The position numbers and the translations under genes are program-made. A DNA stretch of 45,784 nucleotides. Origin: Terracidiphilus sp. Lineage in GTDB: Bacteria > Acidobacteriota > Terriglobia > Terriglobales > Acidobacteriaceae. Below the pieces are notes generated by a model. The model made no database searches, was not told the origin of the DNA, and was given only the letters and a program-made list of their open reading frames with translations. The stretch lies in contig JBEKPA010000001.1 of NCBI GenBank assembly GCA_049521195.1, positions 1 through 45,784 on the forward strand. Reading direction: 5' to 3'. Below are positions 21,458 to 31,526 of this stretch, one piece after another. Positions within the stretch are counted from its first letter, which is position 1. Every line of letters starts with the position of its first letter.

Positions 21458-21640
21458 TTACTTGGCGGAGAGGGCTTCGGTAACGTCCTCGGCGCTGGGC
21501 TTGGCGTTGAGCAGGTGCTCGGCGACGCGGGCGCGCTCCTCGGCGGTGAGCGTGGGGATGGTGGCCAGCACCCGGCGCAGGGTTACGGCAACGTCGTCAA
21601 TGTAGTTCATCAGGCGGATGGCTTCTCCGGAGAGCGGCAT
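21458..21640 (-). CDS. small helical hypothetical protein (60 aa)
   Basis: GAGGA RBS, typical codon bias, 7 nt upstream of the next gene. Confidence 0.7.
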   Translation of the reverse strand: MPLSGEAIRLMNYIDDVAVTLRRVLATIPTLTAEERARVAEHLLNAKPSAEDVTEALSAK

Positions 21641-22144
21641 GGTTTTCCTCGGGTTTCAACTTCTCTTCTCATTGTAGGCGTTGGGGTTGGGGAGCGGGAA
21701 GGCGGAGAAGCACGGCCGATGCCGCGCCACTCTCAATCCATTTCGCGCCGATTCTTGCCCTTTTTCAGGCTTTTCCACCGCCGCGGACGAGGCTTTCTAC
21801 GCGAAAAGCGGCAGGTTTTGATTACCAGTCAGTCAACACTTGAAATTCTTAAGCTATTCATCCATAAGGCGCCGATACCCGGAGTCACAGAACCCCCGAA
21901 TCCTCGGAAAGCGAAACACCTCCCGGATTTCTGCGCAGAGCCGCTTTTTCTCTTGACAAGATAAACGCATCGGTGAAAATAAACTAAGAAGTAACTTCCC
22001 CAGAAGTTGCCAAAGAGCTGATTCCCGAATGCATTCAACCTGCTTCAGGAATCCCGGCGCCAATTCGACCGACCCCCCAACTTGACCATCCCTGAAGTTT
22101 AGTCCACGTTGACCCAGCTCTATCGCGAGGATTGAGAGATTCGT

Positions 22145-25100
22145 ATGAACAAGTCCCAGGGTGCAACCATTGGAGCCGTACTCTTGACTGGACTCCTCCT
22201 CCATCCGCTTGGATACTTCTCTACGCAACAAGCCGCGCCGCCCATTGCCGTCCCCAACGCGGGAGACGCCTCGCAGGCAACGGAACCGGACAGCGAAGGT
22301 CCATGGATCGCGTCGTGCAACTATTGGGCGGCAGCCAGAGATGCCAAGGACGACGAGCAAGCGAAGCCGCCCAAGGTTCATGGCACTGTCAGCGGATTTC
22401 GCTACACGGTCAATGGGAAAGGCAGCGACCTCGACCTGGGCCTGAATGCAAGCCTTGAAGGCAAGGAACAGGCCTGTGGGACCGAACCGGGGAAGCGTTG
22501 GGGATTCACCACGAACGTTCAACAGGGCCATGTCACGGCGATCGTCGCCACGGTTCCCGATCCGGTCCACACTCACTTGGCGCTGCAATTCGACCGCAGG
22601 GTCGATGCGCTTCTTCAGGCCGCTGCGGACAACGAGTATGTCAGCAGCTATTACTGGCTGCCGTGGAAAAATCGGATCGGCCCGCTGAAGACCGAGGATT
22701 CCTCCGGGGCTGCCGAGCAGGGTCATGACCCTGAGCGCGAGCGGCAACCAGGCTTGATCGTCCTCAAGCACGTTGCGAATGGTTCTGGCCAGCAAAACGC
22801 TGTCGATAACGTGCAAAGCGGGTATTCGCAGGTTATTTACCTCTTCCTGGTGGCGGAATCGCCGACCTTGGGCGTCGACGGATTCCAGCTCCGAAATGCT
22901 CTTCTCGACGAAAATGAGATCAAGGTTGCGCTCGAAAAGGTCCACTCTTCATTCTCCAGAGGAAAAGACACTGACCTCGCTATGATCGGCCCAATCTATA
23001 CCGGCTCCGCCGAGTCGGTCAGGGCAGGCATCGAAGGGGCGGTAATGTCGAAGACTCTGCCCCCGGGGCAAGTCATCGACATGGCCGCTGAAACCAGCAC
23101 CCATCTGGCTTTGGAAGCCTTGTCCTCCGGGTACAAAACGGGCCCGGTAACAATAAACTACCTGTCCTTCGCCATGAATTCGAAGTACGATCAGGATTCC
23201 TTTCTGCTCAGTCTCAAATGTTCCGGAGAAGACCTGGGCAGTGTGGCGATGCTCGTGGAGGACAACACCGCGATGGCAAGCGAAAGAGCCAACGAACGGT
23301 TGCCCAAGCCACGGGAAGAAAAGCCGAGCTCCACAAGCCAGCAACCTGAAAAGGAATTGCCCGGCAGACCGTGCAAAATGGATATCAATTCCGGTCCGCA
23401 ACCCATGCTCATTCGCTTCCCGCGAGAAATCTCCCTGTTGCGCAACGCCAGGGCCGCCAGCAACCAAGGAGGCGCCGAATCGGGATCGAATCCCAGCCCT
23501 TATCTCCGTCTCTCGCTCAGGGATTCCAGCGCTGCGGACAACGTTACCCAGTTTTCCCGCGACATCACGCCGCTGTCGCAGGAATCGGTACTGATGGACA
23601 TCGCCCGCAAGCTTCAGAAGGGTCGAATTCGATACATCAGCATCGGCGCGACCAATACCCTCGACGGAATATTCCTGGCGCAGTTCCTACGCCGCGCCCG
23701 TCCGGATGCAAGGCTGGTTTTCTTTAGCGCAGATCTGCTGATGGATCGAGAAATCGACAATGTGCCATTCGTCGGCGCAATCGGCATTACCCCTCACCCA
23801 CTGTTCGCGTTGGGGAGGCCCTCGCGATTCTCCCCGCCCCTGACCCGTAATCCCTCCGATACAAGTTCGGTAGAGGACTACAACGCCGCAAGCTACACAT
23901 TCTGGAGCCTGAACACGGAGAAAAGCGCAGACAAGCTCCCAAAGCTGTATCTCTCGTCCTATTCGAACATCTTCGAACCGCTTGCGGATCCAAATCACCC
24001 CGTCCGGGTCCCCGTGTACCCTCCCCTATGGGCTACGGTGATCGGGACCGACGGCAACTACCCGCTTGCAATTCTCAGCCCTTGCGCCAGCGATTCGCCC
24101 CAAATACTTCCCGCATTCAACCCCGAGATAGACCCGGAGGTATTCCGCTCGACGGGCGGCAAGGGAGCGGACAACGCCTCCGGCGACACGGCCAAATATC
24201 CCAAAAACTCGGCATGCGCGGTCTACTACGATGGCGGCCATGCCGCCCACGCCGAAACCAACCTTCGCGCGAGATTGAAGATTGTGCTTATCTTTCCTTC
24301 GCAGGTATGGCGGGTTCTCTGCGCGCTGGTCTCGCTCCTGTGCCTTTCTCACACCGTAATCCTTTGGGTGGCGAATTACCGGAATCTGTTCACGCGCGAC
24401 CTCGCCATCGACGACAACGATCAACCGCGGCGCCGGGCGATGGCTCTTCACGTGGGCGCAGTCATGCTGTTTTCAATGGCGTTCGTTGTCGCCTGGCCTT
24501 TGATCAGGCTCAGCGTCCTTGCCCGGACCGATCCGCAGGACGATTTCATCGGTTGCGCCACTTTGGCTCTGGGACTGGCGTCTATCCTGGTCACATTCTG
24601 GAAGATCCGGCACTACATCGGGCGGGCGAAGGCTGAAAGCGTCCCCACTCAAAATCCGACCGGGCCTGAGTGGGTCTACCTGCGGATCAATGAGAATAAG
24701 TATCTGTTCATCAATATCCTGGCGAGTATCGGGCTGATTCTTCTTGTTTGGCTCTGGAATTATCAGTGCAGCCGCGCTCTGGTGGCCACTCAACATGTGC
24801 CGTATTCGCTGGTGGGGGTTTCGTTTGCGCTTCGCTGCATTCACCCGGAAAGCGGTGTTTCCCCGGTTGTGCCGGTGCTGTTGCTGCTCTTCGCCTGGTA
24901 TCTGTGGGCCTTTTTTCAGATCAGGCGGATGCGCTTCTCCGAGGCTGGAGGACCGCGGATTCCTCGTAGCTTCGGCGATGAGAACAAGGATCGCTTCTTT
25001 GTCTCTCACGAGGACCTCGGCGAGAACGCGAATTCGCAGAGCTTCCATCTGTACGAGAACATCTTCTGCCTGCTCATCACCCGCAATGCGATTCGCAGAT

Positions 25101-26296
25101 TCCTGAAACTGCCCGAGTTCCAAAAACTACCCGAACCAGTAGCCGACGGCGCCCTCGCACTCATCTACGCCTTTCTGCTGGTTTACTTCTCCCTCTTTAC
25201 GCCGATCAAGAGTCTCACCTCCTTTCTGTGGGCTCATCAGGATTTACCGTGGACTCATCACTTCTTACTGTGGACATATCGGCATCTGGCATCCCCGTAT
25301 GAAATCCTGATTGGAGGGCTGTTCATTCCGCTCGTGGCCATTGCCTTGTCAGGATGGCTGCGCATCCTCCTAGTCTGGAGCTCGCTCAAAAACGGATTGC
25401 TCGATAGGTTGGAGAATCAGCCTATCCGCTTTGCCTTCGACCGCTTGGAGGAAATGCGATGGATAACCATGCTTCGGAAGGACGGGTTGCATCGCCAATT
25501 GCGCGACCAGGCCCGCTCCATCGAATCCGTGGATCAGATGCTGAATGAGAGCGACTTGAAACGGCGCCTGACTAAATGCGGCCTGGGCAGACTAAGAGCC
25601 TTGCGCAAACGCCTCCTGCGGTCCATGGCGGAGATTCGTTCCAATATCTATCGCAACGAGGAACATCCATACAATGCCGGGAGCAAAGCGGAGGCCGACT
25701 TTGCGGCATTCGGCAAACAGTTGCTCAAGTATCTGCTGATTCCCTATTGGGAAACCGAGCGCATTGGACTGGTAGAAGGCAAAGAGCAAAAGGAGGTGCC
25801 AATCAAGGCTCTCCGTCCCAAATCGCAAACCGCGTCGCAAGATCTCCCGCTTCAACTTCACGCCGGTGCGGGCTCTGCCGACCCGGCATATATCCAGGTG
25901 GCGGAAGAATTCCTGGCCATCCGCTATCTATCTCTCATCCGCGCCGTCCTGGCCTATTTGGGTTCCCTGATGAGCTTTGTCTCCGCATCCTTCGTTCTGG
26001 CCATCATCGCATGGAATTCGTATCCGTTTCAGCCGCGTGAATGGGCCAACTGGGTGCTTACAGGCGTGCTGGTGATTCTCGGTGCCGGGATTATCTGGGT
26101 GCTCGCGCAGATGCACCGCGATCCGATTCTCAGCCGCGTAACCGAAACCAACGCCAACGAACTCGGTCTCGACTTCTATATCCGCATCATCACGTTTGGA
26201 GCTGTCCCGGTGCTTACCTGGCTGGCTTACCAGTTCCCCGACATCGGCAACGTTATTTTCAGATTCATTCAGCCGGGGTTGGATGTGGTGAAGTAA
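22145..26296 (+). CDS. large membrane protein of unknown function (1383 aa)
   Basis: N-terminal hydrophobic leader, about 690 aa soluble region, then roughly 10-12 hydrophobic segments; lower GC. Confidence 0.8.
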   Translation: MNKSQGATIGAVLLTGLLLHPLGYFSTQQAAPPIAVPNAGDASQATEPDSEGPWIASCNYWAAARDAKDDEQAKPPKVHGTVSGFRYTVNGKGSDLDLGLNASLEGKEQACGTEPGKRWGFTTNVQQGHVTAIVATVPDPVHTHLALQFDRRVDALLQAAADNEYVSSYYWLPWKNRIGPLKTEDSSGAAEQGHDPERERQPGLIVLKHVANGSGQQNAVDNVQSGYSQVIYLFLVAESPTLGVDGFQLRNALLDENEIKVALEKVHSSFSRGKDTDLAMIGPIYTGSAESVRAGIEGAVMSKTLPPGQVIDMAAETSTHLALEALSSGYKTGPVTINYLSFAMNSKYDQDSFLLSLKCSGEDLGSVAMLVEDNTAMASERANERLPKPREEKPSSTSQQPEKELPGRPCKMDINSGPQPMLIRFPREISLLRNARAASNQGGAESGSNPSPYLRLSLRDSSAADNVTQFSRDITPLSQESVLMDIARKLQKGRIRYISIGATNTLDGIFLAQFLRRARPDARLVFFSADLLMDREIDNVPFVGAIGITPHPLFALGRPSRFSPPLTRNPSDTSSVEDYNAASYTFWSLNTEKSADKLPKLYLSSYSNIFEPLADPNHPVRVPVYPPLWATVIGTDGNYPLAILSPCASDSPQILPAFNPEIDPEVFRSTGGKGADNASGDTAKYPKNSACAVYYDGGHAAHAETNLRARLKIVLIFPSQVWRVLCALVSLLCLSHTVILWVANYRNLFTRDLAIDDNDQPRRRAMALHVGAVMLFSMAFVVAWPLIRLSVLARTDPQDDFIGCATLALGLASILVTFWKIRHYIGRAKAESVPTQNPTGPEWVYLRINENKYLFINILASIGLILLVWLWNYQCSRALVATQHVPYSLVGVSFALRCIHPESGVSPVVPVLLLLFAWYLWAFFQIRRMRFSEAGGPRIPRSFGDENKDRFFVSHEDLGENANSQSFHLYENIFCLLITRNAIRRFLKLPEFQKLPEPVADGALALIYAFLLVYFSLFTPIKSLTSFLWAHQDLPWTHHFLLWTYRHLASPYEILIGGLFIPLVAIALSGWLRILLVWSSLKNGLLDRLENQPIRFAFDRLEEMRWITMLRKDGLHRQLRDQARSIESVDQMLNESDLKRRLTKCGLGRLRALRKRLLRSMAEIRSNIYRNEEHPYNAGSKAEADFAAFGKQLLKYLLIPYWETERIGLVEGKEQKEVPIKALRPKSQTASQDLPLQLHAGAGSADPAYIQVAEEFLAIRYLSLIRAVLAYLGSLMSFVSASFVLAIIAWNSYPFQPREWANWVLTGVLVILGAGIIWVLAQMHRDPILSRVTETNANELGLDFYIRIITFGAVPVLTWLAYQFPDIGNVIFRFIQPGLDVVK

Positions 26297-26391
26297 CGCG
26301 ACGGCTGGCCAGAAGTACTCTGCGGCTGGAGTACGCAAACGATCGAATTTGTGGGTCCAGCCGGGCACTCCTGAGTTGGAAACTCCACTCT

Positions 26392-26568
26392 CAAGCGCTG
26401 TTGCGCTACTGTCCGGAAGTCGATCTGGAGATCGAAAACAACAGCGCCTAACACAATCCCCGCGACATCGTGGTGGGTCAAAAGAACTGGCTCTTCTACG
26501 GCGGAGACAAAGGTGGACGGACCGGCGCAGCCCTCACCAGCTTAATCGCAACCTGCAAGCGCGTGTAG
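26392..26568 (+). pseudogene. IS66-family transposase (TnpC) C-terminal relic
   Basis: Reads ALLRYCPEVDLEIENNSA*HNPRDIVVGQKNWLFYGGDKGGRTGAALTSLIATCKRV*, matching the IS66 EIDNN..ER..R...GRKNWLF.GS..GG pattern, with an in-frame TAA at 26449. Confidence 0.85.
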
Positions 26569-26766
26569 ATAAGAGTCGCTCAAGAAGCGCTGCAACTCCA
26601 TTAAAAGCAAGTCTTTAATGTATCTAAAACGGGATCGGTATCGGGAAGCCGGCATAGAGGCAATATTGTTTGAGCGTGTCATCGACTGGAGGCTATCGCT
26701 GGAAATCCGGGAGCTAGGCCGCCGCGCAGAGGGCGGGAATGGGCAGGCCGCGGCGAATTGGGCTCC

Positions 26767-27145
26767 GGCCTTAAGGCCCCGATGGAGCCGCTGTTTTCAT
26801 TGGCCTGAAGGCCTCTGCTCCATTCGGGTGGAGTTGTTCCGCGGTCTGCAAAGCCCAGAGTTGATTTTGTTGCGCTCATGTATGGGCTGAAGCCCGAACC
26901 CTTCACGGAATCCCGAAACGCAGGTCCTTCGACTACGTCCGCCGTGGCGGACTCCGCTCAGGATGACACCGCTGTGGGGTGCTCCGGTCCGTTGGTTGCG
27001 GAAGCCCCGAACCGCAGGTCCTTCGACTCCGGTCTCCGCGGCGACCTCCGCTCAGGATGACAGCGGTATTGGGGCGCTCAGGGTGACGGCGCTGCGGGGC
27101 GCTCAGGATGACGGCGTTCCGGGGGGACTCAAGATGACAACGATT
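26767..27145. repeat. REP-like cluster plus four 25-nt tandem units
   Basis: GGCCTTAAGGCC and GGCCTGAAGGCC, 26879..26905, 26919..26968, 27012..27062, tandem GCTCAGGATGAC-like units at 27046..27145. Confidence 0.8.
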
Positions 27146-27195
27146 GGGGTTGGAAGAGTCAGCCGGGGCGTGTGAAAGGCGCGTACAATGGCGGC

Positions 27196-27597
27196 ATGAT
27201 GAGATCGGCTGAACGTGCGGCGCTCGCGTTTGTGGGGGCGATCAACCGGCATGACGTGGAGCGGATGGCGGCGCTGATGACGTCAGGGCACCGGATGGTC
27301 GATTCGATGGCACAGGAAGTAAAGGGACGGGATGCGGTGCGGGCGTGCTGGGTGGGGTACTTCCACATGGTTCCGGATTACTCGATTGCCGTGGAGGAGA
27401 CGTTTTGCGATGGGCCGGTGGTGGTGATGCTGGGGGTGGCGAAGGGGACGTATGCTCCCGAAGCGTGGTTGAAGGTGGAGAACCGGTGGGAGACGCCGGT
27501 GGCGCTGCGGGCGACGATCAAGGACGGCAAGGTGGCGGAGTGGCGTGTGTATGCGGATAACGAGCCGATGCGGGAGCGGATGAGGGCGGCCGTTTAA
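27196..27597 (+). CDS. SnoaL/NTF2-like family protein
   Basis: AFVGAINRHDVE, VKGRDAVRACW, DGKVAEWRVYAD; TACAAT 6 nt before ATG. Confidence 0.85.
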   Translation: MMRSAERAALAFVGAINRHDVERMAALMTSGHRMVDSMAQEVKGRDAVRACWVGYFHMVPDYSIAVEETFCDGPVVVMLGVAKGTYAPEAWLKVENRWETPVALRATIKDGKVAEWRVYADNEPMRERMRAAV

Positions 27598-27614
27598 GAC
27601 CATAAAAGACAGTT

Positions 27615-27643
27615 CTGTAACCTGATATTCATATTCCTTTCAT
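27615..27643 (+). promoter_or_regulatory. Pho-box-like 11-bp direct repeats
   Basis: CTGTAAC, TATTCAT and CTTTCAT at exact 11-bp spacing upstream of a phosphate transporter. Confidence 0.5.
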
Positions 27644-27731
27644 CTGCCTCATATATCCAAGGTTGAGTCTGATTGGTGTTCCCGGCCGGTTCAGCCGGAT
27701 GAATTCCCATCTCAAAACCTGGAGCCACTGA

Positions 27732-29639
27732 ATGTCCGATCTGGCGACCACTATCGAAGGCCGTCCCCCGGCTGCGGCATTGCTTGACAAGAAGATGAAG
27801 AAATCCCACGCCATGATCAGCGGAGGCGTGGTTCTGGCAGCGCTGATTATCGGCGTCAGCTTCATCGCCTTGCACATCCTTGAGGACTTCAACGGCGTAA
27901 CCATCGGCAGCATCTGGCCCTATCTGCTGCTGGCAACGGCGCTGATCATCGCCTTGGGCTTCGAGTTCGTGAACGGCTTCCACGACACGGCCAACGCCGT
28001 GGCCACGGTCATCTACACCCACTCGCTGGACCCCAACATCGCCGTGGTGTGGTCCGGGCTGTGCAACCTGACCGGGGTTTTGCTCTCTTCCGGGGCGGTA
28101 GCCTTCTCGATCATTACGCTGCTCCCGGTGGAGCTGATTCTCCAAGTCAGCTCCGGCGCCGGCTTCGCCATGGTCTTCGCCCTGCTCATCGCTGCCATTA
28201 TCTGGAACCTCAGCACCTGGTGGTTCGGCCTGCCTGCCTCCAGCTCCCACACCATGGTCGGCTCCATCATCGGCGTGGGCATCGCCAACCAGCTGATGAG
28301 CGTTCACACGGGCACCTCCGGCGTGGACTGGGAACAAGCCACCAAGGTATTCAAAGTGCTGCTGATCTCGCCCCTGATCGGCTTCGGCGCCGCCTTTCTG
28401 CTGCTGCTGCTTTCCAAAGCGTTCATCCTCGCGAAATGGGCCAGGGCCATGGCCGTTCTCTACCATGAGAATCATAAAAAGCCCCTGTGGGCGATTCCCT
28501 CCATCGCGATAACCGGTGTTGGCGGAACCTACCTGATGAACCTGGTCGCCCCTCTGGTTCTGGGACTTTTCGGCCCCCTGGGGCCTCCGGTCTGGCACCC
28601 CGTCGCACTTGCCGAGAGCTGGCAATCCCCGTATGGGCTGATCCTGGTCATGCTCTTGGCGGGAATCGCCGGACTGTACATTCTGGCTTTGGGCGCCAGG
28701 CTGGTGATCGAGAATGCCGACGTGCTTTTCACGGCTCCCAAGGGCAATACGCCTCCACCGTGGCCTATTCGCGCCCTGCTGGTCTTCACTTGCTCGGGCG
28801 TCAGCTTTGCGCACGGCTCCAATGACGGACAGAAGGGCATGGGCCTCATCATGCTGATCCTCATCGGCACCGTGCCCACCGCCTACGCGCTCAACCACGC
28901 CGTCTCGGCGCGCGACGTGCAGGAGTTCATCGCCGCCTCCGAGCAAGCCGGGCGCATTCTGGACCAGCATGTGGACAAGAGCGGCGTCCTCGGCGAAGAT
29001 GCGCGCGCCGAAGTTACCGACTACATCCGCACCAAGGAGATCAAGCCGGACACGGTGCTGGCTCTGAGAGAGCTGGTCAAGGATCTGGAAGGGGATGTGG
29101 TCGTCTACAAGGAGTACAAATCGGTTCCGGCCAATAAGCAAGCCAACGTCCGCAACGACATGTATGTGGCCAGCGAGGCCATCCGCCTGATGCAGAAGAA
29201 CCACACTCCGGCCTTTACCGCCGCCGAGACCAAGGGTCTGGCCACCTACAAGAGCACCGTGGACAAGGCGACCAAGTTCATACCCACTTGGGTCAAGGTA
29301 GCCGTGGCCCTGGCGCTGGGCATGGGAACCATGGTGGGCTGGAAGCGCATCGTCGTGACGGTGGGCGAAAAGATCGGCAAGGAGCACCTGACCTACGCGC
29401 AGGGGGCCTGCGCCGAGTTGGTGGCCATGTGCACCATCTCGGCCGCCGACAACTTCGGCCTGCCGGTAAGCACGACTCACGTGCTGAGTTCCGGCGTGGC
29501 GGGCACCATGGCCGCCAACGGAAGCGGCCTGCAGTGGTCCACCATTCGCAACATCGCGGCCGCCTGGGTCTTCACGCTCCCCGCCGCGGCGCTGCTCTCC
29601 GGAACCCTCTTCTACCTCTTCCGGCAGATTTCCAACTAG
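27732..29639 (+). CDS. inorganic phosphate transporter (PiT family)
   Basis: NGFHDTANAVAT, LPASSSH, AHGSNDGQKGMG, LPVSTTH. Confidence 0.92.
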   Translation: MSDLATTIEGRPPAAALLDKKMKKSHAMISGGVVLAALIIGVSFIALHILEDFNGVTIGSIWPYLLLATALIIALGFEFVNGFHDTANAVATVIYTHSLDPNIAVVWSGLCNLTGVLLSSGAVAFSIITLLPVELILQVSSGAGFAMVFALLIAAIIWNLSTWWFGLPASSSHTMVGSIIGVGIANQLMSVHTGTSGVDWEQATKVFKVLLISPLIGFGAAFLLLLLSKAFILAKWARAMAVLYHENHKKPLWAIPSIAITGVGGTYLMNLVAPLVLGLFGPLGPPVWHPVALAESWQSPYGLILVMLLAGIAGLYILALGARLVIENADVLFTAPKGNTPPPWPIRALLVFTCSGVSFAHGSNDGQKGMGLIMLILIGTVPTAYALNHAVSARDVQEFIAASEQAGRILDQHVDKSGVLGEDARAEVTDYIRTKEIKPDTVLALRELVKDLEGDVVVYKEYKSVPANKQANVRNDMYVASEAIRLMQKNHTPAFTAAETKGLATYKSTVDKATKFIPTWVKVAVALALGMGTMVGWKRIVVTVGEKIGKEHLTYAQGACAELVAMCTISAADNFGLPVSTTHVLSSGVAGTMAANGSGLQWSTIRNIAAAWVFTLPAAALLSGTLFYLFRQISN

Positions 29640-29716
29640 GCCAAGGCCGGCGACCGGGTTGCCGGCCCTGCTCCCGGACTCTTTTGAACGCCCAAAATGC
29701 GACCACCGCAGTTGGA

Positions 29717-29850
29717 AGAGAGTGTTTCAAAAGGTGCCCACTCAGCTTCGGTCGCATTTCCTCAGGGGTTAAAACCCCTCATCTACTAGGCCTTTTTCGG
29801 CACGACTGAAGTCGTGCCCTGACACAAGGCGGGTTATTGAAACACGCTCT
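29717..29850. mobile_element. MITE-like unit containing REP palindromes
   Basis: Terminal inverted repeats AGAGAGTGTTTCAA/TTGAAACACGCTCT (13 of 14 match) enclosing GGGGTTAAAACCCC and CGGCACGACTGAAGTCGTGCCCTGACAC. Confidence 0.6.
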
Positions 29851-29913
29851 AACCAACCGGGGTGGTACGTTTACGCTTGAACTCCCGATCTGCTTCCGGT
29901 CAACAGCAAGCCG

Positions 29914-30777
29914 CTACAGATTGAAGAGCTCGCGCAGGCGCTTGGTTTGGGCGCGGCTGACGGGAATTTCGGTCTGGCGCTTGTCGTTCATGCGCAACTG
30001 GTAGCTGGATTTGAACCACGGCACCACCTCGCGGATGTGGTTGATGTTGACCACAAAGCCGCGATGGGCGCGCCAGAAGAGCGCCGGGTCCATCAACTCC
30101 AGCAACTCTTCGAGGGTGCGGCACTTGGAGTGGCCTTCGAAGGTCTGGGTGACGATGCGTATCACGCCCTCATCGATGGCCGCGTAGCAGATATCGGCCT
30201 GGTCGACCAGAAGCAGCCGGCTCTGGGCCTGAACGATCAGCTTGTTGGTGAGCCTGGCCGGCTGGGGGATGCGCGAGGCGCCCTGGGGACGGTTGAGCAG
30301 GCGCAGCAGCGCTTCGAGCTGGGACTCGATCGGGGAGTCAGGCTGCTGGCTCACCCCGGCGGCAACCGAAGAGCTGTCGGCCATGCGGTTGCGAACCCGC
30401 TCCACGGCCTGCTGGACGCGGGTGCGGTCAAAGGGCTTGAGCAGGTAATCGACGGCGTTCACGTCAAAGGCGCGCACGGCGTACTGGTCATAGGCCGTGG
30501 CAAAGACGATCTGCGGCAGGGGCTGGGCCTCTTTGCTCGCGGTCAATCTGGAGCCGTTGCGGTCCATGAGCCGCTGGATCACGGCAAAGCCATCGAGGCC
30601 CGGCATCTGCACATCCAGGAAGACAAGATCGGGATGGTGCTCCTCGATCAGGTCCACGGCCTCGATGCCGTTGGTTCCCTGCGCCAGCACCTCCACGCCG
30701 CCCACCTGGTCGAGGAGGTATTGGAGCTCGTCGCGGGCCAGTTGTTCGTCGTCGATGATGAGCGCGGAGATGGGCAT
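29914..30777 (-). CDS. LytTR family response regulator
   Basis: IIDDE, VFLDVQMP, FATAYD, DYLLKP; FWRAHRGFVVN and IPVSR LytTR motifs. Confidence 0.93.
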   Translation of the reverse strand: MPISALIIDDEQLARDELQYLLDQVGGVEVLAQGTNGIEAVDLIEEHHPDLVFLDVQMPGLDGFAVIQRLMDRNGSRLTASKEAQPLPQIVFATAYDQYAVRAFDVNAVDYLLKPFDRTRVQQAVERVRNRMADSSSVAAGVSQQPDSPIESQLEALLRLLNRPQGASRIPQPARLTNKLIVQAQSRLLLVDQADICYAAIDEGVIRIVTQTFEGHSKCRTLEELLELMDPALFWRAHRGFVVNINHIREVVPWFKSSYQLRMNDKRQTEIPVSRAQTKRLRELFNL

Positions 30778-30869
30778 GAGGGCCGGAACTTCGATTGTAG
30801 GAAGGGAACCGGGCCCGGTCAATTGCGGCAAGGCGAGGCCGCGCGCCGACCGGCGACCGAGGCACGCGT

Positions 30870-31394
30870 CTAGTCGCTCAGCGCGCGCAGGCGGGCAGGC
30901 ATGTGGTCGCTGGCCAGTTCATGGCCGCAGCGGGTGCAGAACAGGTCTGTGGTGCGCACGGTGCTGAAGCAGTGGCCGCAGTTGGCGGCCAGCCGGTAAT
31001 CGCACTGCGGGCAGAAGTGGAAGTCGCTCTGCACATGGGTGGAGCAGCTTGGGCAGCGAGAGACCTCCGGCTGGCGCAGCAGGAAGTAAAGCACGGCGCC
31101 GATGCCGCCCGGCATCACGAAGCAGATCAGCATCCAGAAGCGCGCGCTCATGGCGCGGCGCGGCGCGTCCTTGCTGACGTAGCCGACCATAAGGAAGTAG
31201 AGCGCGGCCAGCAGTCCCCAGGAGATGTTCAGGTAGGAACGAAACCCGAGCGGCGGCAGATGGTGCTGCTGCTCCGGCCAAACCATCCAGAAATAGTACT
31301 CGACGAGCACGAAGGCCACGGCGCCGGCCACGATGGACCACACCGGGATCAGGCGTGCGTCCTCATCGGCGGAGATGGATTCTGGATCGCGCAT
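30870..31394 (-). CDS. membrane protein with double zinc ribbon
   Basis: 3-4 TM segments then four CxxC motifs (CPSC, CPQC, CGHC, CTRC); GGAGGG RBS. Confidence 0.85.
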   Translation of the reverse strand: MRDPESISADEDARLIPVWSIVAGAVAFVLVEYYFWMVWPEQQHHLPPLGFRSYLNISWGLLAALYFLMVGYVSKDAPRRAMSARFWMLICFVMPGGIGAVLYFLLRQPEVSRCPSCSTHVQSDFHFCPQCDYRLAANCGHCFSTVRTTDLFCTRCGHELASDHMPARLRALSD

Positions 31395-31526
31395 GGGGTA
31401 ACCCCTCCCTCGGAGGGTCTCTCAGGGGATCAAGCACGGCTTGACCGCTCTTAGATGGACGGAGGAGCGAATCCGGAAGTTGCGCGCGCACGGGCGGCGC
31501 GGCCGATATTTGGCAAGAGACTTCGG

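Noticed and set aside
26919-27145. CRISPR array
   Set aside because: Units are degenerate, lack unique regular spacers, recur as dispersed REP-like copies, and there are no cas genes
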